A stretch of DNA of 64,000 bases from an uncultured virus (IMG/VR IMGVR_UViG_3300042397_001164) (lineage: Duplodnaviria > Heunggongvirae > Uroviricota > Caudoviricetes > Crassvirales), in the IMG/VR virus record IMGVR_UViG_3300042397_001164; one strand, written 5' to 3'. Of this stretch, positions 26,101 to 35,573 are shown in pieces. Positions within the stretch are counted from its first letter, which is position 1, and the number at the start of each line of letters is the position of its first letter. Made by a program: the position numbers and the translations under genes. The notes under the pieces were generated by a model that worked only from the letters and a program-made list of their open reading frames with translations, was not told the origin of the DNA and made no database searches.

Positions 26101-29100
26101 CCAACAACAGCTGATTGCTGTCCTGATGCTGTGTTTGCATATCCTGCTCCGACAAATGTATCGTCTGCACAAGTGGCATTATATCTACCACTAAATGTAC
26201 CACTAGCATATCCTATTGCTCTGTTATTTTGTCCACCACCAATAGCACTTCTATTTCCTGAAGCAGTATTATTAATACCACCTCCAACAAATGCAACATA
26301 AGCAGACGCTGTGTTTATCCAACCACCAACTACTGATGAAGCACATCCTGAAGCTGTTTGACTATACCCTGCTCCTATAAAAGAAATGTTTCCTGAACCT
26401 GTATGATTAACACCACCTGTTATTGTTGCATAAGGAGCAGATGCGGTACTATTTTTACCACCTCCCACAAATGACCAACTTCCTGTAGCTCTATTCTGAA
26501 ATCCTCCTCCTATAAAAGAAAGACATCCTACATTTACTTTAGTAGGAGCTACTGTCCATCCATTTGAACCATTCCAAGTTCCACCACAAGTGTTATTTCC
26601 AAGACCTCCTGCTATAACAGAATACCCTGCACAGTTTTGTGCTGTTGAATGACAAATACTATTGCAATAACCACCTGATATTGTAGAATACCAAGAAGAA
26701 GCTGAATTAACAGCACCACCACCAACTGTAGAAGATGCTTGTGAAGATGTGTTATATACACCACCTCCTATAGTTGATTGTACACCTGAAGCTGTGTTAT
26801 TACTGCCACCCACCACAGTTGAACAATTAGCTGAAGCTGTGTTAGATACACCACCTCCTACAAAAGAACGACCACCTGATGCTATATTACTTTGTCCACC
26901 TGCTACTGTAGAATTAGTAGCACTTGAAACGTTATATGAACCGCTTACTGTTGAAGCACCACCTGACGCTGTATTATTTCTACCACCGCCAACAAAGTTG
27001 AAATTGCTTGTACTTAAATTAGCATAACCACCTGTTATATTAGCATAATATCCATTACTTATTGTGTTGCTTTGACCACCACCAATAGTGCTTATAAGAC
27101 CATTTGAGCAAATTAAGTTTCCTGAACCACCTGCTATTGTATTAAATATTGCTAAAGCTCTATTGTTTTCACCACCTCCCACTGTAGAACAAGCTCCTGA
27201 TGCTGTATTAGTTAAGCCACCACTTACAGTTGCTCTTGCTCCTGAAGCAGTGTTTTGTTGACCACCACCTACCGTAGACATATAGCCACTAGCTGTATGT
27301 AAATAACCACCACTTACTGTAGAGCAGTTACCTGATGCTGTATTGCACCTACCTCCACCTACTGTTGAGGAATATCCTGAAGCTGTGTTTATATTACCAC
27401 CTGATGCGGTTGCAAAAGGTTTAGATGCTGCATTAGAACCACCACCACCTATAAAAGTATAACATCCTGAAGCATTATTTCCACCACCACCACCTACAAT
27501 TGCACCTTCTCCTGTAGCTCTACTATTATTACCGCCTAATACACTTGCATAGATAACTGTAGCACAGTTAAGTCTACCTCCTGCCACTGTTGAGTTTTGT
27601 GCGGTAGCACAGTTTAGATACCCTCCACTTACTGTACTTGTTATACCTGTTGCCCTATTGCTTACACCTCCTCCAATAGAAGAATAAGTGCTACTTGAAG
27701 TATTACCTTGACCACCAGCTATTACAGAAGCATACCCTGACGCTGTATTTGTTCTACCGCCTCCTATTGTACTCCACAATCCTGATGATGTATTTAATTG
27801 ACCTCCTCCAACAAATGAACAATTGCCTTGTGCAGTATTTGACAATCCACCACCTATTGCTGAATGAGCTCCTGATGCTGCGTTTCCACAACCAACACCA
27901 CCTCCTCCTCCAATAAATGAACAGTTCCCTGTTGCTAAATTGACATAACCACCTGCTATAGCTGCATAGCTACCCATAGCCTTATTACCATCACCTCCAC
28001 CAACAAAACTTACAAAGCAAGTGCAGTTGTAATAACCTCCACCTATAGAACCATAAGAAGCCAAAGCACAGTTTCCAATACCTCCACCTACTGTTGCATA
28101 ATAATTACCACTTGCTGAATTAGAAAGACCTCCACCTACTGTATTATACAAACCTAATGCAGTGTTAGTTTGACCACCACCTACAAAAGAACAAGCTCCT
28201 GAAGCTGTATTTGAGCATCCTCCACCAACAAAAGAACGAGCACCTGAAGCAGTATTACCTGCACCATTACCTACAAAAGAATAATCTCCTGAAGCAACAT
28301 TATTTACACCTGTTCCTATAAAAGATACGTTACCATTTGCTGTATTTGCACCACCATTACCTATGAAAGCATAATATGTTCCACTTGCTGTGTTATTATT
28401 ACCTCCAACAACTATATTATAAGCAGTTCCACCAATTGTATTGCTTAAACCTGCAAGATTACCCGTATATGTTCCTGTTGCACTATTACTTACACCACAA
28501 CGAACAGAAGAACAACCCCCTGCTCCTAAAACGACTACAGCACTAGACCCAACATTTATACCACTTGAACCACTAGAACCTGATGTTCCTGAAGTTCCAG
28601 AAGTACCGCTTGTTCCTGAAGTAGCCGAAGTTCCAGAAGTACCAGACGTTCCCCCTGTACCATTTGTTGCTGATGTACCTGATGTACCCGAAGATCCACT
28701 TGTACCTGAAATTCCACTTGAACCTGACGTACCTCCCGTACCATTTGTACCACTAGTACCAGACGTTGCTGATGTACCAGAACTTCCAGACGTACCTGTT
28801 GTTCCGCTAGTACCGCTTGTAGCAGATGTACCACTTGAACCACTTGTTCCTGTTGTACCACTAGTACCAGATGTACCAGAAACTCCACTTGAACCAGATG
28901 TGCCATTAGTTCCATTTACACCACTTGTACCAGAAGTTCCGCTAGTTGCAGAAGTTCCAGATGTCCCACTAGAACCTGAAGTTCCAGCAGTTCCGCTACT
29001 ACCACTTACACCACTAGTTCCAGAACTCCCTGAAGAACCACTAGAACCAGAAGATCCACTAGTTGCAGATGTACCACTTGTTCCAGAAGTACCACTTGGT

Positions 29101-30647
29101 GGATTGAATGTTGTTTGAGCGTATGAGTAGTTACTCGTACCCTCTGTATAAAAAGTTATATCATGATTAGCACCACCGCCACTAAATTCAGCATAAATTT
29201 GACAATAAAGCCTATCTGTTGCGTTTAATGCGGTTTGACCTAAAAACAAATCTGTAAAAAACTCTCTGATAACATTTGTTGACATAGACTCGGTATCTAG
29301 GTTTGTAGTACCTAGAAGTGTTGAAACACCACCCGTTGTGTATTTATAAAGCTCTACATCTACTGCTACGTTTCTATTTGTATTAATAGAAAAGTGCGTT
29401 ACCCAAGCCCAGTTGCCAGCAGGTATGCTTGTTAGATTAGGCACACCTGAATCAGTTGCAAAAGTTGCAATTAATGTTCTTGTGTTTGGCGCTACATTTG
29501 TAACTACAGTTTGCTCTGCTCCTACTACTGCTGTAGGTGACCATTGCTTATATGTCGGAGTACCAAAAGCAGTATTTGTATTTAAAGATTGATTTAGATA
29601 GTATACAAGACCACCTGCAACACCATTAATACCATTTATACCTGAAGTACCTGCCGTTCCGCTAGTACCAGAAGTTCCTGTTGTTCCAGAAGTACCTGTT
29701 GTACCGCTTGAACCAGAAGTGCCTGATGTACCTGTTGTCCCACTTGTACCACTTGAACCAGACGTTCCTGAAGTTCCAGACGTACCCGAAGTACCACCAG
29801 TTCCATCTGTGCCACTAGTTCCACTAGAGCCAGAAGTACCCGAAGTACCTGACGTACCGGTTGTTCCAGAAGTGCCAGAACTTCCGCTAGTTCCACTACT
29901 TCCACTTGTTCCAGTTGTACCAGAAGAACCAGAAGAACCAGTGGTTCCTGAAGTTCCGCTTGTACCACCTGTGCCATCTGTACCAGAACTACCACTAGTC
30001 GCAGAAGTGCCTGAAGTACCTGACGTACCGCTTGTACCTCCTGTACCATCTGTTCCTGATGTACCACTTGTGCCTGATGTGCCACTCGTAGCGCTTGAAC
30101 CAGAAGTACCTGATGTTCCAGATGTGCCTGATGTACCATCTGTACCTGACGTACCTGATGTACCTGTAGTGCCTGAAGTTCCATTTGTACCTGAAGTACC
30201 TGATGTAGCCGAAGTACCGGAGGTTCCAGAAGTACCTGTCGTACCTGAAGTTCCAGTTGTTCCTGATGTACCCGAAGTACCAGAGGTAGACGAGCTACCC
30301 GAAGATCCACTTGTTCCAGCTGTTGCTGAAGTTCCACTAGTGCCAGAAGTACCGCCAGAACCATCGGTTCCCGAAGTACCAGATGTACCAGTAGTTCCTG
30401 AAGTACCAGTTGTACCACTTGTTCCGGCAGTGGCTGAAGTTCCGGATGTACCAGAAGTTCCAGTTGTACCCGAAGTACCACTACTACCAGCAGTACCTGA
30501 TGTACCACTAGTGCCACTTGTTCCACTGCTTCCAGATGTACCTATAGTTCCTGAAGTATCGGCAAATACAATACCATCTACTGCAACTAATATACCATTT
30601 TCATCTCTAAGCTTTAAGTCACCGCTGATTAAATTCTGTATTGCCAC
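23097..30647 (-). CDS. Giant tail fibre/spike: Gly-Thr-Ser repeats, Cys-rich beta-helix repeats, C-terminal intramolecular chaperone (peptidase S74-like)
   Basis: Two (GTS)n blocks; many NTASGxxSxVGGG repeats; C-terminal SSDERLKDI...GYSAQNV...VDY and coiled coil; GTG start. Confidence 0.85.
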
Positions 30648-30659
30648 CTTTGATTATTT

Positions 30660-31187
30660 TTATTGTTGAACGACTACGCGTACAAATTCATTACTATAAA
30701 AAGCCACTGCTACTGTTAATGATCCAGTTGTTTTATCCCATACAACTTGGTTTCCTGTTGGAGTACCTGCTGTAAGTATTGTTCCAATATTATTACCTTG
30801 TCTAAATGCGTTTATACATCTCTTACCAATTGCTTCTGGGAAATAAATTGTAAATGAACCAAGAGTTGCATTACTAGAATATTCGTACACACTAAAGTTA
30901 CCACCACCGCCGGGGATAACACCACCACCACCAGTTCCAGTTCCTAATATTTCAATTGCTAATTGTAGCTTAGAACCACATAGTGCATAAACATAATTAG
31001 ATGTTCCGGGTAGTCCACTTAACTGCTGGTCAATGCCATATTGCAAAGCTTTTCTTTCTAGGTAAAGCTGCTGAGCCTTACGCGGATCAATACTTCCATT
31101 GAAGAAAGCATTTTGCTTTGGTATTGCGTCATTCCATAAGTATTGCGAAATCTCCGCTATTGATACTGTTGTTTGTGGATCTAACAT
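30660..31187 (-). CDS. Probable tail protein
   Basis: 175 aa, Gly-rich hinge followed by a beta domain; directly upstream of the fibre gene. Confidence 0.6.
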   Translation of the reverse strand: MLDPQTTVSIAEISQYLWNDAIPKQNAFFNGSIDPRKAQQLYLERKALQYGIDQQLSGLPGTSNYVYALCGSKLQLAIEILGTGTGGGGVIPGGGGNFSVYEYSSNATLGSFTIYFPEAIGKRCINAFRQGNNIGTILTAGTPTGNQVVWDKTTGSLTVAVAFYSNEFVRVVVQQ

Positions 31188-31189
31188 AT

Positions 31190-31708
31190 TTAGAAAAATA
31201 AAGCTTGGTTAGTAGATATGTATGTTGCTCTGTTTAATGCAGCTTGTGCTGAATAAATATCAGAAGCAAATGTAATTGCCTGATCTGCACTATCAATTTC
31301 AACTCGTAATACTAGTTTCGTTTGGTACCAGTTGGTGCTTGCAGACAAATTAGAATTTGCAACTTGACTTTCAGTTAAGCCGTAATAAAAGGTTTCATTA
31401 TATGCCGTAAATGCGAATGAAATTGTTTTAGATGTAACAACAGTATTTCCAGCTGTTAACCACTGTACCGTAATACTTAATGCAGAATCTTGAGATAATA
31501 CATCTAAACTAATACTTGTATTTGCTAAAGGCCATTCAATATAAGTAGTTAGTGTACCAGCTGGCACCAACATAGTACCATTTGCTTGCAATAGATATAT
31601 TCTACGCTTTGCTATAGTTACATCAGAACCAGTACTTGTATCTGTTAATGTAATAACTGATGGGGTGCCACTAAACTGACTGGCCGTAAAATTTGGAGTT
31701 AAAGGCAT
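31190..31708 (-). CDS. Probable tail/hub protein (Ig/PKD-like N-terminus)
   Basis: PNFTAS...ITLTDTSTG beta-rich N-terminus; position in the tail module. Confidence 0.55.
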   Translation of the reverse strand: MPLTPNFTASQFSGTPSVITLTDTSTGSDVTIAKRRIYLLQANGTMLVPAGTLTTYIEWPLANTSISLDVLSQDSALSITVQWLTAGNTVVTSKTISFAFTAYNETFYYGLTESQVANSNLSASTNWYQTKLVLRVEIDSADQAITFASDIYSAQAALNRATYISTNQALFF

Positions 31709-31726
31709 TTGCTTTAAATTTTACAC

Positions 31727-31734
31727 CAAATATA
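31727..31734 (-). promoter_or_regulatory. Bacteroidota -7 promoter element (tail fibre operon)
   Basis: TATATTTG on - strand, 18 nt before the ATG at 31708. Confidence 0.65.
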
Positions 31735-31761
31735 AGAAAAATATGGCTATATTAAGCAAAT

Positions 31762-34700
31762 TTATTCATCATCGTCCTTACCTATACCTCGCCTTGCCCT
31801 ATCTTGTCTTAAATCGTATTGAACATCTGGATCTTGTGCCTGTTTTTGACCAAATTTCTCTATTTTTTTTACACTAGTTGCATATTTTTGTAACCTACTA
31901 AGCTCGTCAGCAAGTTCCTGCTTGGTGGCAACATTTGGACCTTCTCCTTCAACTATCTTTTCAATTAATTTACCTTTTTCATTAGGAACAGAAAAACCAT
32001 TTTTATGTATTTCTTCAATAAGTCCTTTTAAAAATGCATCTCTTTCTTTAACAAATTCATCAAACTCGCTTTTTGTTATTCTCCTACCTTTATTAATTTT
32101 ATCTTTATAATTGAAAATGCTATTTCTATCCATTGAAGATGATGATACATTATTATCTAATAATGATTTTAAATCTCTTTCATCAAAGGTTTTTTCATTT
32201 TGAACTTTTAATCCATAAAAAGTAGGAATAGCGTATAAAATAGCCTCAGCACCAGAAGCTTGATAAGACTTTCTAAAATCTTGCAAAAACAATGGTTCAA
32301 ATAAATCACTTGTTAATTCTTTTTTAATATCGTATGGTTTACCAGAAAAACCTTTACCGGTAGCAATATCAGCAGCAATACCAACTAAAGGATTTGCTTT
32401 ACCTCTAATAAATTTATAGGACTCCCTCACTACATCAACTTTTTTAGGCTCACCATCAGCACCAATTTTTTTGGCAGGCCCTAATGCACCCCCAGATAAA
32501 GTACTAGCGATAGAAGAACCTAACATTACCAATTGTTTAACTACAGAACCGTATGGTCCCAATAGATTAATTGACCAACCTGTTTTAGTATTTTTTATTT
32601 GACCAAATGTAACGCTTTCTGGATCTGCATCTACTTCTACATCATCTTGCAAAGATGCAGCTGCCATAATTAAGAATACAGTTGATAAACTTCTTACCGT
32701 TGCTTGAACGGCTTTTTCTCTACCTTCTTTGTTCATAGCACTGTAATATCCCATTGGTCTACCTTTGCTATCTTTTTTACCCCATAACTTATTAGAAATA
32801 AGGTCACTCAACCCTAATTTATTTAATGTTGATGCCAACAATTTAGGTGACCACAATACAGCACTTTGAATAGATTTAGAGCTTTTAAACATAGTTTCAC
32901 CTCTACCCGTAAGGTTATTTACCTTACTTGCCAAGTCCTGATAGTCCTTTAAACTATTTTCAATTGTTTTACCTTGGTCCATTAATTCTTGCGAACCCTG
33001 TATAAAAAGAGAAAGTCTTATTTCATTACTAAATCCAGAAAACAATCTTTCAAATGGAGCTGTTATGTATTTATCAGCACCAACTCTCTCTAATAAATTT
33101 CTTTTACCAAATGACTCTTCTTTTAATTTAGTCTTAAAACCTTTTGGATCTAATATATCAAGCCCAGATTTTTCAATCATATTCCATAAAGGCTTATTAT
33201 CATATATTTCAAGTAATCTTCTTCTAAGTGCAGCCTCACTCGCAAATGCCATTTTTTGGAATTTAAGAGCTTGTAGAGCTGGTTTTTCTTTAGTTATATT
33301 AATCTTATAAGCAAAAGGATTTAATGCAGATCTTCCTTTTTGTTTCCTAATTTTTATTCCCCATGACTCTGGATCTAGCATAACAGAGGAATTTTGAACG
33401 AATACAACAGAGTTATCTATACCAGACTTTAAAGCCATAATGGTATTTAAAAATTCTTTACCTAATTGCTTAGCCTTACCAAGCTTACCTTCTTTTTCTA
33501 ATTTATCTTTTTCTGCGGCCATTAAAAACTGATGCTTCATCTCATCAATCTTATTTAATCCGTCTAAATATTTATTGTATGAATAAGGATATTTCTTTTT
33601 TAATTCAGGATTTTCTATAAATGATTCAGGTCTTGGAGTAGGCTCAAATTCCTTATTTTCTATCTTTCTTTTTATTTCATTAGCCTTAGCTTCATTTCTA
33701 GCAATTAATGACTTTAACTTAGATTCATCATAATAACCAGATTCCTTTCTTAACTCTCTAAGTTCTTTTTCTTTCGCTGATATTTCAGCATTTTTCTCAA
33801 TCTGCTTCTTCTCGGTCAACTCTTGTTTTGGACCATATTTTAAATCATATATTGCGGAAGCCAATTTAGCTTCTTTGTTTATATTTGCTAGATTCGCTTT
33901 TGCCTCATTCAAGGCTTTCTTTTCTTTCTCTTTATATTTACCAGCAATAATATCTACAATATCCTTCTTTGTTATCCCTTCAATTCCATCTTTCAATAAG
34001 TCATAGATATTATTAACAACATCATCTAATTTACTAACCCCATCTTCAGCATAAATTTTAACTAATTTTGCTACATCAGGAGATATAGCATATAATTGAG
34101 CAGAAAATGGTAATGGAACTGCTGTTAATCCCTCAGATCCTTTTGATGCCCTATTCCATTTTTCTTTTATGCTTTTAAATATATCTTCCCTTTCTTTTTT
34201 ATAATCTCTTTTAGGAGCCTTTTCTTTCTTTTCTTTTTTTACTTCAGTATTAATTTTAGCCATTTCTTGCTCGGCTAACATCTTTGCATTTAATTCTTCT
34301 AGCTCCTGCTTTTCTTTTTTTAGTTTTTCAACCTCTTTTTGAATCTTTTCATAATCCTCAATAACCTTTTTCATTTGGTTATCAGTCAACTCATCTACAC
34401 CATTAGCTTCTCTTACTACTGTAACATAATCACTAAGTGTTTGTAATTGTTCTAATGGAGCATAAGCAGTGCCCTGCAATGCTCTAAAATCTCTACCCAT
34501 AGTAGCAGCAGAAATCAATTTAGCTTCAGTGAATCTAGCTAAATCCCTTTGTATTTTTTTATTGAACGGATCTTTAACTAATGCGTTATCTAAGGTAGCT
34601 GCATAAATTTTTAATATTTCAGACTCAACAGCGCTTGTTCCTTGTCCCTGTTCCATTCTCTGAATCAAAGCATCAAAATCATATCCATTTTCTATTTGCT

Positions 34701-35076
34701 CAGCAGCTTGTTGCTTAATTTCAGCATCAGTAATAACCTTACCTTCTACTACCGGTAATCCATTTTCTAATCTTCTTTGCTCAATTTCTGCTTTGGTAAT
34801 ACCTCTTATGGCTTCTTCATTGCTTTGAGCTTCTTCGGTAGCTTCAGCCCTTTGCTGGCTTGATCGTATTCCTTCACTACTTTCGGTGATATTTTTCCTT
34901 GCTCCAGTAGGACGTGAAACTTTTTCCTCTGCGCTTCGCTCTTGTATGGCATCTTGGATAGGTTTTAAGTTAGATAAATCTTGGTTTAAAAGATAGTCTT
35001 TAAGCTCCGGTTCGGTCATTTCTTTGAACTCGCCGGGCTTAACTTCAATAATATATTTACAAGGGTTTTTTGCCAT
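31762..35076 (-). CDS. Large internal virion/ejection-type protein
   Basis: 1104 aa, alpha-helical and coiled-coil; DPESVTFGQIK and ANPLVGIAADIATGKGFSG segments typical of podovirus ejection proteins. Confidence 0.65.
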   Translation of the reverse strand: MAKNPCKYIIEVKPGEFKEMTEPELKDYLLNQDLSNLKPIQDAIQERSAEEKVSRPTGARKNITESSEGIRSSQQRAEATEEAQSNEEAIRGITKAEIEQRRLENGLPVVEGKVITDAEIKQQAAEQIENGYDFDALIQRMEQGQGTSAVESEILKIYAATLDNALVKDPFNKKIQRDLARFTEAKLISAATMGRDFRALQGTAYAPLEQLQTLSDYVTVVREANGVDELTDNQMKKVIEDYEKIQKEVEKLKKEKQELEELNAKMLAEQEMAKINTEVKKEKKEKAPKRDYKKEREDIFKSIKEKWNRASKGSEGLTAVPLPFSAQLYAISPDVAKLVKIYAEDGVSKLDDVVNNIYDLLKDGIEGITKKDIVDIIAGKYKEKEKKALNEAKANLANINKEAKLASAIYDLKYGPKQELTEKKQIEKNAEISAKEKELRELRKESGYYDESKLKSLIARNEAKANEIKRKIENKEFEPTPRPESFIENPELKKKYPYSYNKYLDGLNKIDEMKHQFLMAAEKDKLEKEGKLGKAKQLGKEFLNTIMALKSGIDNSVVFVQNSSVMLDPESWGIKIRKQKGRSALNPFAYKINITKEKPALQALKFQKMAFASEAALRRRLLEIYDNKPLWNMIEKSGLDILDPKGFKTKLKEESFGKRNLLERVGADKYITAPFERLFSGFSNEIRLSLFIQGSQELMDQGKTIENSLKDYQDLASKVNNLTGRGETMFKSSKSIQSAVLWSPKLLASTLNKLGLSDLISNKLWGKKDSKGRPMGYYSAMNKEGREKAVQATVRSLSTVFLIMAAASLQDDVEVDADPESVTFGQIKNTKTGWSINLLGPYGSVVKQLVMLGSSIASTLSGGALGPAKKIGADGEPKKVDVVRESYKFIRGKANPLVGIAADIATGKGFSGKPYDIKKELTSDLFEPLFLQDFRKSYQASGAEAILYAIPTFYGLKVQNEKTFDERDLKSLLDNNVSSSSMDRNSIFNYKDKINKGRRITKSEFDEFVKERDAFLKGLIEEIHKNGFSVPNEKGKLIEKIVEGEGPNVATKQELADELSRLQKYATSVKKIEKFGQKQAQDPDVQYDLRQDRARRGIGKDDDE

Positions 35077-35573
35077 TATAAGTCAGATATATGTTCGTCA
35101 AATTCAAGGATTTCTTTAGTTTGCTCTGCTATTTTATATTTAGCAAGTAAATCACCATAATGGCCTACCGCTTTTCTTTGAATTTCAATGAATTGTAAAA
35201 TGTACTGAGCTACAGAAACATCTTCATCTGCCGCCTTCTCATAAAAATCTTTATATTGATTATATACGTCCAATTCAGTATTGTAGCCAATCTCTAACGC
35301 ATCACCAATATCCGTTACTTTATCAGTAACTGCATCAATTTTTGGAAGGTCAGCGCAGTCACCCATATCATTCATGAACTCAACGTGCATTTGATAATGG
35401 GTTAATTCCTCAGCACTTTCTGCTAAGAAGTATTTTTGGCTACCAAATAGACCTAACCTCTGTAATTGATTAGCTAGGCTTTTCCATAGGTTAGATTGAT
35501 ACAGTTCTATATATACCGCATCTTGCATGCCCTTTTTCATTGCCGGGCTTAATAATGATTTTAGGTTGGACAT
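35076..35573 (-). CDS. Ferritin-like protein (FtnA type)
   Basis: IELYQSNL, SAEELTH, YNTELDV and FIEIQ align with the FtnA ferroxidase helices. Confidence 0.8.
   Translation of the reverse strand: MSNLKSLLSPAMKKGMQDAVYIELYQSNLWKSLANQLQRLGLFGSQKYFLAESAEELTHYQMHVEFMNDMGDCADLPKIDAVTDKVTDIGDALEIGYNTELDVYNQYKDFYEKAADEDVSVAQYILQFIEIQRKAVGHYGDLLAKYKIAEQTKEILEFDEHISDL

Noticed and set aside
23920..28100. Duplicated fibre segment as a diversity-generating retroelement TR/VR pair
   Set aside because: Both copies are inside the coding sequence, differences are largely synonymous and not confined to adenines, and no reverse transcriptase is in the window.
28441..30669. Long + strand ORFs (VPEVP repeats; 28441..29118, 29719..30669) and alternative-frame - strand ORFs (28556..28915, 29636..30526)
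   Set aside because: They are shadows of the Gly-Thr-Ser codon repeats of the fibre gene, which lack stops in other frames; no independent start context.
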